Positions 45,865-55,980 are shown, counted from the stretch's first letter. The stretch is 64,000 nucleotides of DNA from Oligoflexales bacterium (GCA_965215515.1 OZ244057.1:1088001-1152000); one strand, 5' to 3'. Program-made: numbers and translations. Notes: generated by a model from the sequence alone, not told the origin.

Positions 45865-47280
45865 TCAACGCAGCAGCAGTGCACGAATGCCCTCGATCAC
45901 TAAGCGCGGCTCGTAGATTGCGGGAGCGAGATACGGCATGGCATACCGCCCTAACCCGCCGCTGATGACGATTGTCGGTCTATGCAGGCGGGTGGCTAGA
46001 TGGCGGATATACTCGACCTGACTGTGCAAGATACCGCGCGCAATCGCCGCGGCGGTCGTGCGACCGCAGGCGGGGCTGGCCGTGCTGAAGAGCTGGCGTG
46101 GGGCTAGTTCGGTGTAATCACACAAGGCTTGTCGCGCAGTTTCAAGACCAGGCAAGATATAGCCGCCCTCGTGGTAACCTGCCTTCACAACATCGATAGT
46201 GGTTGCCGTGCCGAAGTTAACCACCAAGCCTGTCTCGTGGCGGCGAGTGGCAAGGTAAGCTTCGAGTGCCGCGAGACGATCGCAACCGAGTTGCTCAACA
46301 GCATAGGCGGAGCGCACCCGAAAGGGCCTGTGGTGCAGTGCTACCACTTCTAAATCCTGCCGTACCGCTTGTTCTCGCAACAGAGCACAGTGTGCATGAT
46401 TGACCACCGCAGCGTAAATCACCCACTTGCCTTCACCGTCCAACAAGGCACGCAGTGCACGCAAGGCGGCCGCGAGATCGCGCACGCGCGGCGGGGAAGT
46501 TACCTCCCGCACGATCTTATCGTGCTTGAACAACACCAGCTTGAGGGTAGAGTTGCCCACATCGGCGACCAGCAAAGGGCTGCGCGCTGGTTGTTGATAA
46601 GCGAGACGATAAGCGGGTGATGAAGATAACAGTTCTTCCGTCTTTCCTGTCCGTAAACTCATGAGCCGCAAGTACCCCCACGCGTGCGGTTGACGCAAAA
46701 AAAATTCTGTGTCGCGCCGCCACAGTTCGGGCGCGGCAGAAGTAAAACGCTCCTGACGGGCGAGAGCCGCATCTTCTGTCAGCGACTCAGCCAGCTGTGC
46801 GGTACAATAGTGCGCCAGTTGTTCGCCATACACCGCGACATCGCCTTCATCGCCGCTGATTTCTCGCATACTGGTCGCCTGTGCTTGCAATTCCAGCGGC
46901 ACAACATTGACGTTGAGACCGATGCCGATAATGACATAACGCCACCGTTCACCCTGCCACGCCCCTTCGCACAGGATACCGCCGAGTTTTTTCCCGTGGT
47001 AAAGAATATCATTCGGCCATTTGCAACTCGCAACAATCCCTTGCGTCTGTAGCCACTCACAGACCAGTGCGGCCACCAACAATGCGAGCCCGTGCCGCAG
47101 ACGAGGCTGTATCGCTAACGAGAGGTAGAGGTTGCCGCGCGGACTCAACCACACCCGTCCTCCCTGCCCTTTCCCCGCACTCTGCACGGCAGCTAACACA
47201 GCAAAGGGCAACGCACGCCCCTGCTGTACTTCTTGCCAGGCTAACGCTACCGTCGAAACCGTATGCTCGACACGTATTAT
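45865..47280 (-). CDS. birA-coaX: Bifunctional biotin--[ACC] ligase / type III pantothenate kinase (BirA-CoaX fusion)
   Basis: QSAGKGQGGRVW, KWPNDI, KLGGIL, GIGLNV, then DVGNS, GCDR, FGTATTID, GGYILPG. Start uncertain: BirA-like sequence extends upstream of the TTG at 47211. Confidence 0.9.
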   Translation of the reverse strand: MIRVEHTVSTVALAWQEVQQGRALPFAVLAAVQSAGKGQGGRVWLSPRGNLYLSLAIQPRLRHGLALLVAALVCEWLQTQGIVASCKWPNDILYHGKKLGGILCEGAWQGERWRYVIIGIGLNVNVVPLELQAQATSMREISGDEGDVAVYGEQLAHYCTAQLAESLTEDAALARQERFTSAAPELWRRDTEFFLRQPHAWGYLRLMSLRTGKTEELLSSSPAYRLAYQQPARSPLLVADVGNSTLKLVLFKHDKIVREVTSPPRVRDLAAALRALRALLDGEGKWVIYAAVVNHAHCALLREQAVRQDLEVVALHHRPFRVRSAYAVEQLGCDRLAALEAYLATRRHETGLVVNFGTATTIDVVKAGYHEGGYILPGLETARQALCDYTELAPRQLFSTASPACGRTTAAAIARGILHSQVEYIRHLATRLHRPTIVISGGLGRYAMPYLAPAIYEPRLVIEGIRALLLR

Positions 47281-47299
47281 CGATAATGTACGTTGTCGC

Positions 47300-48076
47300 T
47301 CACTCGCTCGGATACCTTTCCTCCCCCCAGGTAAAGGTAAGCGCTAGTCGATGATCCTTGCCGCGCAACTCGCGATCGTTGCAGTCTTTCGGGCTAATAG
47401 TCACCTCAGGTCTGGCGGAATCTTTGTCAGAGCCTAAGTTGAGGAACAGGGGGTCTTCTTCGGTGACCACACACAGGTGCTGTGCCCGAACAATGCCCTT
47501 GCTCACGCGCAGCTCGGCACTGTGCTGGTAGTCAAACCACCATCCTCTGGGGCGCTTGAAGGTGCATTTAAGTTTTATCTCACCCAGATCACGCACCGTT
47601 TTATCCCCGCTACCACACAACGATCTGTAGTCAGTGTTACCCGACACCGTAAGATTTTTTACAAAAGTGAAACCAGCGGAGCACCCCTTGATCTCGCAGC
47701 TCAATTCGACCGCAGCCCCTCCTGTATACAGACAAGCGTGGCACTGCGCATGAACATTGATGTCGCTCAATGCACGCTCGTCGCGCAAGGCGGGGGGCTG
47801 AACGGTTAATGTTCCTCCTTCGGTGCCCGAATCATGCGTGATACCGTCTGTATCGCTGTTGTCGGTTGGATCTGCATCAGGATCAGAACGCTCAGAGTCA
47901 GAGGGTGGGGGAGATTCCTCATAAGACATCCCCGTGTTGCCAGCTCCTACACCTACTACCAGCGGCACGTCAGTGTGAGTTGGCGTAGGTGTCCCATCGG
48001 CATCAGGCTCCTCGATCCCGCGGGATGACTGGAGGCAGGAACTCAGGATGCACAAAAAACATAGACAGCGCATCAT
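47300..48076 (-). CDS. Hypothetical Cys-rich lipoprotein with an acidic linker
   Basis: LSSC lipobox, ATGA overlap with the upstream gene. Confidence 0.75.
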   Translation of the reverse strand: MMRCLCFLCILSSCLQSSRGIEEPDADGTPTPTHTDVPLVVGVGAGNTGMSYEESPPPSDSERSDPDADPTDNSDTDGITHDSGTEGGTLTVQPPALRDERALSDINVHAQCHACLYTGGAAVELSCEIKGCSAGFTFVKNLTVSGNTDYRSLCGSGDKTVRDLGEIKLKCTFKRPRGWWFDYQHSAELRVSKGIVRAQHLCVVTEEDPLFLNLGSDKDSARPEVTISPKDCNDRELRGKDHRLALTFTWGEERYPSE

Positions 48077-49014
48077 CGTTGTTTTGGCGCGAAAGTTATT
48101 TTGATGTACTGATTTTGCGTGGTACACGCGGCGAGTGTATCTGTCGCAGCTTCTGCGTTAGCAGCGACACATATCCCAGGCGGTCGCCACTTATGGCTAT
48201 CATCCCCGTCATCATAATATGTATCTGTCATTGTTATACCATCATGAGCACAGCTGAATACTGCGGAAAAAGACCCTACCGTGCCATTAAAAGCAGTGTA
48301 GCTGTTAGATACATCAACAAGTGCACTACCATCAGCAAATTTTTCTCCAGTGCCCCCCGCACTACAGGTCACTTCTCCATCCAACTTCCATTCGGCCATG
48401 ATCTTCACCTCAGACAGATTGGTGTTCTTGTCAATGCCACCGATAACGCACTCACCCTCGTCAAAACAGGTTGAAGAAATTTCGACATCATCTCTGCGAC
48501 AAGCGAATGTTTTCAGGTCATCTCCCTCTCCCGCGACGAGAGACCAGTCTTCCTCTGCAACACAGGCGGAGGCGAACTGCTGCACGATAGAAGCCCTACC
48601 TCCTTGAGAAGCTCCACCTCCTTGCGACGCATATCCGCCCCCATTGTCTGGCGCATAGCAATACTTACCACCGTCGTCTCTCCGCCACAGCAAGGTCATC
48701 TTACCTAAGGGCACGCTCCGCCGCAAGCAAGTGTAGGTGTTTTCCTCTAACCGAAAAGACACGTGCAGATCAGAGAATTGCAACATACCCGTGATCTCCT
48801 GTTCTGTGTGCAGCGCTACTTGGTGCAGGATATAGGGGATGGCTGTCGCTTGGTGACAGTTTGTATCTTGACAGAGCTTGACCGCGGTTTTGCTAACGTC
48901 TGTGGCATCAAAGACCACATCGCCCACCTGCAAAACTTCTTTTGCTTGCTGTACCGACTCTTCCTGCAAACAGCTGACATGCAACAACAGCAGCGCGATC
49001 ATCCAGCTGTACAT
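48073..49014 (-). CDS. Hypothetical Cys-rich lipoprotein
   Basis: MYSWMIALLLLHVSC lipobox, many Cys, Gly-rich linker. Confidence 0.78.
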   Translation of the reverse strand: MYSWMIALLLLHVSCLQEESVQQAKEVLQVGDVVFDATDVSKTAVKLCQDTNCHQATAIPYILHQVALHTEQEITGMLQFSDLHVSFRLEENTYTCLRRSVPLGKMTLLWRRDDGGKYCYAPDNGGGYASQGGGASQGGRASIVQQFASACVAEEDWSLVAGEGDDLKTFACRRDDVEISSTCFDEGECVIGGIDKNTNLSEVKIMAEWKLDGEVTCSAGGTGEKFADGSALVDVSNSYTAFNGTVGSFSAVFSCAHDGITMTDTYYDDGDDSHKWRPPGICVAANAEAATDTLAACTTQNQYIKITFAPKQR

Positions 49015-49529
49015 AGCCGCAAGCCCCCTTCTTGTTGCTCGAGCGTACCCTCGTGAGTGCTTACATCTAGCGGCGGGGTTTTAGCTTGCAATAGTGCTTG
49101 TTTGAGTACCGCGGGGTTTACACCCCGTGGCCACCGCAAGACCTCCGTCAGCGGGGTCGCGGTACAATAACTCTCTCCCCCTACCGCAAAAGCCAATAGC
49201 AAGTTAGTCTCCGTGCCGATGGCTTGCGGTGTTGTGCTGAAAGCTTGCGGCGTAGCGGCAGCAAAAATACCGTCAGCACTGTAAGCCTTGCTTACCAGCA
49301 TCAGCATCGGCACACCCTGCGCGGAAAGGCGCAACACCTGCGGCTGGTAGCCATGCGCATCGTGCTGCAAAACATGATAAAACCTCTCCCCCTGTGCGAC
49401 AACCTGATCGCCAGCACTAGACGCATCTTGCTTGTGTTCCTTATTGTACACCGTGGGGGCTCGCTGGCGCGGCTTACCGGTGCAAGCAAACAACGACAGG
49501 GCGATAACGAACAGTAGACCGTGCCACAT
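48999..49529 (-). CDS. Hypothetical lipoprotein
   Basis: MWHGLLFVIALSLFAC lipobox. Confidence 0.75.
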   Translation of the reverse strand: MWHGLLFVIALSLFACTGKPRQRAPTVYNKEHKQDASSAGDQVVAQGERFYHVLQHDAHGYQPQVLRLSAQGVPMLMLVSKAYSADGIFAAATPQAFSTTPQAIGTETNLLLAFAVGGESYCTATPLTEVLRWPRGVNPAVLKQALLQAKTPPLDVSTHEGTLEQQEGGLRLCTAG

Positions 49530-49581
49530 TGCTTATCTCTTAACTTTAATGTTAATTTTCAGCACCGTTGTCCGTACCTAT

Positions 49582-50376
49582 TTATTTTTCTAGACACGCA
49601 CGGATACCACCAGGATCCGTGGTTTGCAGCGCAAGAACCTCCGACGCTTCATCAATCCGCGGGCCGCTATCGCCATCGCCATTGGCGGTCATGCGTTCTT
49701 TAAACACGGTGATGAAGTCAGCAAACTCGCTTGCCTGCTGCACACACTCACGCACCTTGCCATCGAGACATTTTTCGTTGTTGTTGTCAGCGCCTTCCAC
49801 CAAGCAAGAGGCGCGCAGCTCCACCTTACTATCATTACTATCGTTCGTCTCGCTGAGATCGCAGGCAAAATCCTTCCCCTCCAGAAAGATAAACCTACTC
49901 TCACCATCCCCAGTTGCTGTGACACAGTGCTTAGCCAGCTGGCGCACATAATCATTTGTGCCTTCTTCGACAAAACAATCGGGATTGTCTTTTGTTAGTG
50001 CACTGATGGTATGTTGTGCACCGAGATGGACATCGTACAGATGACAGGTGAAGATAAGATTGCTGCTATCACTAGCTTTTTTCCACGCCAAGACGATATG
50101 CTCGAAGCTAAGAGACGGGTTGAGCTGCACACTCCTACCTTGCAACTGTAAATTTTGTACCTCATGTCCCTCATATTCTAGGGCATATATTAGCGCGGGC
50201 ATCGCCTCATCCCTCCAACGTGGCACATCTTGCATCACCTTTGCTCCTGCAAGCTCCATCTGCAGATAGATACGCCTGTCCCCGCTTACACCAGACGCGA
50301 GGTCAGCTGTCGTATCGCTTGGCGGTTGACAGGCGATCAGCGACAACAGCACCCCTACCCGCATTATTGGCCGCAT
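49582..50376 (-). CDS. Hypothetical Cys-rich lipoprotein
   Basis: LLSLIAC lipobox, multiple Cys. Confidence 0.78.
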   Translation of the reverse strand: MRPIMRVGVLLSLIACQPPSDTTADLASGVSGDRRIYLQMELAGAKVMQDVPRWRDEAMPALIYALEYEGHEVQNLQLQGRSVQLNPSLSFEHIVLAWKKASDSSNLIFTCHLYDVHLGAQHTISALTKDNPDCFVEEGTNDYVRQLAKHCVTATGDGESRFIFLEGKDFACDLSETNDSNDSKVELRASCLVEGADNNNEKCLDGKVRECVQQASEFADFITVFKERMTANGDGDSGPRIDEASEVLALQTTDPGGIRACLEK

Positions 50377-51062
50377 TCCGCCACCTCCATAACTGTCCTG
50401 CCCTGCTCGTAGCGGTGATTTATCTCCGTAGTAGCACAGTAAGTTTTTCTATCAAACTCGAAGCTTAACTCGACAGGAATTTTCACCGCCGAGAGCCCCA
50501 TCTTACTCTTGGTGAAATCTTCCCCGAAGTCGAACACCAGTGACTGACCTTCTCCACCGTAGGTTAATCTGCCAAGTTGTACCTCTTCAACGTGCCCAAA
50601 GGTGAAGTTAAGGCGCACCCCCTGCCATTTTTTGTTGGGCAGATCATGATTCACCGCGGGCACTGTGCCGATATCAACCTCCTCCTGCGTGTCCCCACCA
50701 ATCGTCTGTCCTACCCGCTCCAGAGCCATCTCAAGAACACTATGCCGTTGCCGTTGTGCAGCATTAGCCTGACCTGCTCTTATCTGTGCGTAGAGTCGCT
50801 CACTTTCTGCTTTTAACCCTGCCACCTCTTGTTGCGCTGCGGCGGTATCTTGTTGTGTGATTCTCCTGACGATCGCCCCCGCGTCGTCATGATAGCTGAC
50901 CGCGTTTTCCTCCCTGAGACAGGTGCCTGTGACAGGGTCTGGATGTGCGCAAGTAACGCCCTGCTTCTCCTTGGCGCAGCCGCTGACTAGCAGTGCCACT
51001 GCAAATAATTTTCCTGCCACACCTATCCCCACAGCAAAAACCCCCGCCTCCGAGCCACGCAT
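50364..51062 (-). CDS. Hypothetical lipoprotein with a coiled coil
   Basis: LLVSGC lipobox, CAHPDPVTGTC loop. Start uncertain. Confidence 0.72.
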   Translation of the reverse strand: MRGSEAGVFAVGIGVAGKLFAVALLVSGCAKEKQGVTCAHPDPVTGTCLREENAVSYHDDAGAIVRRITQQDTAAAQQEVAGLKAESERLYAQIRAGQANAAQRQRHSVLEMALERVGQTIGGDTQEEVDIGTVPAVNHDLPNKKWQGVRLNFTFGHVEEVQLGRLTYGGEGQSLVFDFGEDFTKSKMGLSAVKIPVELSFEFDRKTYCATTEINHRYEQGRTVMEVAECGQ

Positions 51063-51128
51063 CGGTGCATTGGGACATTGACTTTAGCTTTTTAAAAAAT
51101 TTCCGCGGTATCGCCCCTGACCCTTGCC

Positions 51129-51476
51129 CTAAATCGGCTGGGGACGCGTCAGGTAAAGTAAAAATCCGCCGACGAGTGCCACACCACCCCAGATAACTAG
51201 CAGTCCACGCAGGCCTTCCCGTTGCAAAAAAACTGTTATTGCCATAACATCATCTACTGTCCGCTCGATGCTCGCCATTTCTTCGACATTGAGCTTGCGA
51301 TCATCCTGTGTTTCTTTGCCTAGCTCGGTAAACTTGGCCAACAGTACCTCGCGGATCTCTCCCGCGGGCGTGTCCTTGAGACTATGAGCTGCACCTGCCA
51401 GTGCGAGCATCACAAGATTGAACAGGACAAACAACAACAGGACAATTTTTCCCAGCGCATCTCTGCCAGTCTGCAT
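51129..51476 (-). CDS. Small hypothetical membrane protein (2 TM)
   Basis: GAGGAGG RBS; hydrophobic N- and C-terminal helices. Confidence 0.75.
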   Translation of the reverse strand: MQTGRDALGKIVLLLFVLFNLVMLALAGAAHSLKDTPAGEIREVLLAKFTELGKETQDDRKLNVEEMASIERTVDDVMAITVFLQREGLRGLLVIWGGVALVGGFLLYLTRPQPI

Positions 51477-51713
51477 ATCAGTCCTCCTCGAGTAAACACA
51501 CCCATCACTGTCAAATCATAGTCGCGACCTGAGTTCTGTACTATTATGACATGTTCTTAGCCACAAGGGACAACCTTCTTCTACGCGGCAAAATTTTCCT
51601 CCCCTGACCTCCGCACTCACGACGCTAGGCACGCGTTTTTTGTCTGTATGCGGTGAGGCGTTCCCCCTCAACAAAGACGAACAACACTGCTATAATGAGC
51701 GCGGGGGTGGAGT

Positions 51714-52256
51714 ATGCCCAGGAGCGACACAGGTTACACGGCGCGGCTGCGTGTTGCACTCGTCTCCTTGCTGTGCGATGACAACAAGCTGTATCGACAA
51801 TTGCTCGCACTTGTGCCGCTGGCGGTGGTGCAACTCGGCGTATTGCCCGCGTTGACGTGCGGCTATGTTGTCGGCAATGTGTTTACCGTCTGGGTAGTAC
51901 TCAATGCTGTGTTATTGCGCCTCCCGAAAGCATTGCTGCTTGCCATGCTTTCGGGACTGCTGCTGGAGACACACAACACTGCACCTCGTGGTCTGTATCT
52001 GTGTGCCTATGGCACGCTTGTCGTAGCTCTGCACCTGGTCAAGGGTCTGGTGACTTGGAATAGGGGAGGTGCATGGCTCGCCGTGCTCGTGACCGCGGAA
52101 CTGTGGTTGCTGGTGTTGGAGAACGCCGCCGTAGCGATACCGCTGACCGATATGTGGTCGCACCACAGCAGATACCTGTTGCGTCTCGTGGGCACTTGTC
52201 TGATAGGCTACGCACTGTACAAGTACAGCGCGATGACAACGCACAAAATTCGTTAG
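51714..52256 (+). CDS. mreD: Rod shape-determining protein MreD-like membrane protein
   Basis: Several TM segments with GLLLE...PRGLY pattern; abuts mrdA. Confidence 0.6.
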   Translation: MPRSDTGYTARLRVALVSLLCDDNKLYRQLLALVPLAVVQLGVLPALTCGYVVGNVFTVWVVLNAVLLRLPKALLLAMLSGLLLETHNTAPRGLYLCAYGTLVVALHLVKGLVTWNRGGAWLAVLVTAELWLLVLENAAVAIPLTDMWSHHSRYLLRLVGTCLIGYALYKYSAMTTHKIR

Positions 52257-54128
52257 ATGCTGAAGACACTGCCACCCTCCGCGGTCATTGGGGAACGTAA
52301 ATTCAAGCTTGCCGCGTTGGCGGTATTGGCGGTCGCCCTTATCTTGGTGATAAGGCTGTGGTACGTGCAGATTTACCGCGGTGCTTATTACAGTCGTATC
52401 GCCGAGCACAATCGCATGCGCAAAATCGCCATCCCCGCGCCGCGCGGTCTTATCTACGATCGGCACGGTCGTCTGCTCCTCGGCAACCGCCCTTCTTTCA
52501 ACCTGCTTTATGTTCCGCAGGACGCACGGCAACGGGAACACACTTTGCAGCTGCTGGCCGAACTGGTGCAGGTGCCTGCTACCGCTTTGGCACAGCGCAT
52601 TGCGGCGGGACGTGGTCGACCAGCGTTTCTACCTCTCGTGCTCAAACGTGATCTCTCGCAGCACGAGGTAGCGCTGCTGAACATCAACCGCATGTACTTG
52701 CCAGGCATCGACACAGGCATGTTTCCCCAGCGCCACTATCCCGAAGGCTCGCCCGCCCATCTGCTCGGCTATCTCGGACAGAACGATGCCGACACCTTGC
52801 GCACCTATCGTCGTCGCTACCCGCGCAAAAACTATCAGCCTGGCGATCTTGTCGGCAAACAGGGATTGGAACTGCGTTGGGAATCCTATCTGCGTGGGAT
52901 ACGGGGCTACGAAGTCGTGCAGGTCGATGCCTTCGGGCGGCGTGTCCCGCGCACCCGACGGCTCGACTTGCGTTTGCCGCGCCAAGCGGCTGTGCCAGGG
53001 GCAAACCTCGAACTGACGCTCGACTACGAGTTACAGCGGAGTGTCGCCGCGGCCTTCAAAGACAAGCAGGGGGCGGTGATTGCCATCAACCCTCGCAACG
53101 GTGCGATTCTTGCGCTGTTAAGTATGCCACAGTTCGACCCACGGATGTATCTCCGTAGGCTATCGCAGCAACGCTGGCAGGCACTGTTGGCTAATCCCTT
53201 TCATCCGCTGCTCGATAAAACGACGGGAGGTGAATACGCCCCAGGTAGTATCTACAAAGTCGTCACTGCCCTCGCCGCGCTGGGCGATAGGATTATCACA
53301 CCGCAAACCCAGTTTGCGTGCCGCGGCAGACTTGCGGTAGGACGGGATACTTTCCACTGCCACCAAAGACGAGGGCATGGTGTAGTCAACCTCAAGCAGG
53401 CACTGGTACGGTCATGCGATGTGTTTTTTTATCATCTCGGCCTGACTTTAGGAGTCGATCGTATCGCCCACTATGCTCACCGTTTCGCTTTAGGGCGCAA
53501 GCTCGGTCTCAATCTCAACGCCGAACGGCAGGGTTTGATTCCCACCCGTGCGTGGAAACGAAGACGGCACGGGCATAAGTGGCAGCGGGGAGAGAACACA
53601 GGCATTGCCATCGGACAGAGTTATAATCTGCTCACACCCCTGCAGATGGTCAGCCTCTACGCGGCCATCGCGAACGGCGGTAAGATTTGGCGACCCTGGT
53701 TGGTACGGCGGATCGTCGATCACTACGGTAAACCTCTCGCACACTATGAGGCAAGCCTACTGCAACACAGCGGCAACGATGCCCGACACTTACAACTGCT
53801 CAGAAACTATCTACGTGCTGTCGTCACTGATCCGCAAGGCACAGGACGGCGTGCTGACCTCGCGGGGGTGGAGATTGCGGGCAAGACAGGCTCAGTGCAG
53901 ACAATCAGCCTACACAGGTACCAGAAAAACGCTGAGGTCAGCACTAAATGGCGCGAGCATGCCATCTTTGCCGCCTTCTCTCCGCAGGAGAATGCCGACA
54001 TCGCCGTTATCGTCGTCAGCGAAAACGATCGCATCGGAGGCGGAGGCACGGCCGCGGCACCGATCGCCGCGCAAATCATCGCCGTCTGGCGACAACTACA
54101 ACGCAACAAACGCACCGCGCAACGGTAG
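52257..54128 (+). CDS. mrdA: Penicillin-binding protein 2
   Basis: RLWYVQI, APRGLIYDR, GKQGLE, PGSIYK (SxxK), SCD, GKTG. Confidence 0.95.
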   Translation: MLKTLPPSAVIGERKFKLAALAVLAVALILVIRLWYVQIYRGAYYSRIAEHNRMRKIAIPAPRGLIYDRHGRLLLGNRPSFNLLYVPQDARQREHTLQLLAELVQVPATALAQRIAAGRGRPAFLPLVLKRDLSQHEVALLNINRMYLPGIDTGMFPQRHYPEGSPAHLLGYLGQNDADTLRTYRRRYPRKNYQPGDLVGKQGLELRWESYLRGIRGYEVVQVDAFGRRVPRTRRLDLRLPRQAAVPGANLELTLDYELQRSVAAAFKDKQGAVIAINPRNGAILALLSMPQFDPRMYLRRLSQQRWQALLANPFHPLLDKTTGGEYAPGSIYKVVTALAALGDRIITPQTQFACRGRLAVGRDTFHCHQRRGHGVVNLKQALVRSCDVFFYHLGLTLGVDRIAHYAHRFALGRKLGLNLNAERQGLIPTRAWKRRRHGHKWQRGENTGIAIGQSYNLLTPLQMVSLYAAIANGGKIWRPWLVRRIVDHYGKPLAHYEASLLQHSGNDARHLQLLRNYLRAVVTDPQGTGRRADLAGVEIAGKTGSVQTISLHRYQKNAEVSTKWREHAIFAAFSPQENADIAVIVVSENDRIGGGGTAAAPIAAQIIAVWRQLQRNKRTAQR

Positions 54129-54165
54129 AGAGGGGCTCACGCAGAAAGTTACCGCCTTAAAGCCC

Positions 54166-55134
54166 CTAGGCGACGGTGCGGGAGGACGCGGATTGCACGC
54201 GGGTAGCGACGAATCCCTGATAGATGTCCTGCCCATCACGGATGTTTTCTTGTTCCGCTGCAACTGCGTCTGACTGCACTAGATACTTCAGCACCGCCTG
54301 TCGCGGGTAGCGGATACGACAAGCTTCGAGAATCAAATAACAATCATATAGCATTTGATGTGCGCTCGCATAGCGTTTGGAAGCTTCATAGCTGAGTGCT
54401 TTTCTGAGCATTTTGACCAGCAGTCGCCGTATTTTGTTGTCGGAGCAGGGAACGTCGAATGTGATGCGCCGCATGAGAGAAGAAACCAGCTTGCGATCTT
54501 TGCTCGCGGTTACGGCTCGTCGTCCGTTGATCAGTTCGTAGAGGATCAAACCTACGCAATAGGTATCGGAGGCGTAGCCGAGAGCACTGCTGTCGATATG
54601 TTCGGGGGAGTAGTAGCCTGGTGTGCCGATGAGGTAATTTTTGTGATTTTCATACTTGCTCGATAAACCGAAATCAGTCAACACGATACGCCCTGTGCGT
54701 TCCACCAAAAAATTACCCGCCGACAGGTCGTAGTGCATAAAATCACGCACGTGCAGATGATCGAGGCCCTGTAAAATCTGAAAAACGATGGACAGTGCCA
54801 CCAACGGCGGCAGTTCCCCGTGGCGTTTGATGAACTCCATCCCCGACCAGCCGTCGATGAATTCGGTCGCGATGTAGCAACGCGGTGGCTTGAAACAACT
54901 GTCGTAATAACGCACGATGTTGCGATGCTGCAAACTGGAGTGCACAATTATTTCCTGATGAAACTTGCCGATGAACTTTCTGTTGCAGTAGAGACTGTCG
55001 CGGATAACCTTCAACGCGACGGTAACGTGGTTGCGAAGATGCACCGCCCTGAACACCTGCCCCAACCCGCCCACTCCGATTTCGGAGATAATGCGATAGT
55101 CACCGATTACCGTTCCTGTCTTCAGCGAACGCAT
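54166..55134 (-). CDS. Hanks-type Ser/Thr protein kinase (non-RD)
   Basis: GVGGLGQV, VALK, HYDLSAGN, DFG, GTPGYYSPE. Confidence 0.9.
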   Translation of the reverse strand: MRSLKTGTVIGDYRIISEIGVGGLGQVFRAVHLRNHVTVALKVIRDSLYCNRKFIGKFHQEIIVHSSLQHRNIVRYYDSCFKPPRCYIATEFIDGWSGMEFIKRHGELPPLVALSIVFQILQGLDHLHVRDFMHYDLSAGNFLVERTGRIVLTDFGLSSKYENHKNYLIGTPGYYSPEHIDSSALGYASDTYCVGLILYELINGRRAVTASKDRKLVSSLMRRITFDVPCSDNKIRRLLVKMLRKALSYEASKRYASAHQMLYDCYLILEACRIRYPRQAVLKYLVQSDAVAAEQENIRDGQDIYQGFVATRVQSASSRTVA

Positions 55135-55197
55135 GCTGCCTCAGCTCCGTATCCGTCCCCACGGCATAGCTGTCCATCGGCGCGTTGGCAAAAACCT

Positions 55198-55980
55198 CTA
55201 AGGGCGACGAGCGAGAAATTCCTGCAACGTGCGTGGGTAGTCGGTGATAAAACCATCGACCCCCGCCCGTAACAATCTTTCCCACTCCTGCGGGCTGTTG
55301 ACGGTATACGCCACGACACGCTTGCCCGCAAATTGTAACCAAGCCACACGGCGCGGGGTCAGGAGGGAAGCGGGCGCGGGCACGATGTCGGTGATGAGGG
55401 CAATTTCTTGCCACAGAGACATTTTCTTGAGCATGCCAACGATACGCAGATCGGCGGATTGCAGATTGATACGATGACTCAAACCGCTGTCTGCAACAAC
55501 AGCAAGCACCGCCCGCACGAAGGTGGGTAACTTACGCCAGCTGACTCGCTTGAGTTCAAACATCAGCTCGACCTGAGCAGCGTGCCCCGCAATGATCTCC
55601 AGTACTTCCCGCAGCGTAAGGATATGGTGTGGGACCGCGCGCTGAGCGGGGAAACGCGGGTTGACTCGCACACCGCAGCGCAGTGCCTTGATCTCCGCCA
55701 GCGACAACGCCGCGACAGACAGAGCCGCGGGTATGGTACTGCCATCCCGTCGTACACACAGATGGGGGTCGATGTGGGCATCGTGATAGACGACAGGGAC
55801 CTCATCGGCGCTGAGACGCAGGTCTAATTCGATAAAATCCACCCCGAGGGCTAGACTATGCGCTATCGCCGCGGGGCTGGCTTGGGGAAAATCCCCCATG
55901 CCAGCACGGTGACTCATGACGAGCGGCGTAGCCTGCAACCCGCCACCCAACAGGCACAAAAACAGTACACCGCGTCCCAT
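55198..55980 (-). CDS. Glycerophosphodiester phosphodiesterase (exported)
   Basis: SHRAG, IELDL, VVYHD, ELK, YTVN, GFITDYP; signal peptide from the ATG at 55980. Confidence 0.92.
   Translation of the reverse strand: MGRGVLFLCLLGGGLQATPLVMSHRAGMGDFPQASPAAIAHSLALGVDFIELDLRLSADEVPVVYHDAHIDPHLCVRRDGSTIPAALSVAALSLAEIKALRCGVRVNPRFPAQRAVPHHILTLREVLEIIAGHAAQVELMFELKRVSWRKLPTFVRAVLAVVADSGLSHRINLQSADLRIVGMLKKMSLWQEIALITDIVPAPASLLTPRRVAWLQFAGKRVVAYTVNSPQEWERLLRAGVDGFITDYPRTLQEFLARRP

Noticed and set aside
47735..47752. CHAC in the lipoprotein as a heme-binding site
   Set aside because: It is CxxCL, not CxxCH.
51528..51538. cctgagttctg resembling the MITE terminus
   Set aside because: The match is too short and there is no partner TIR.
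53548..54273. 241-aa alternative-frame ORF and similar shadow ORFs (e.g. 16413-17153, 36650-37312)
   Set aside because: They overlap well-supported genes, have no motifs, and are expected in GC-rich coding DNA.
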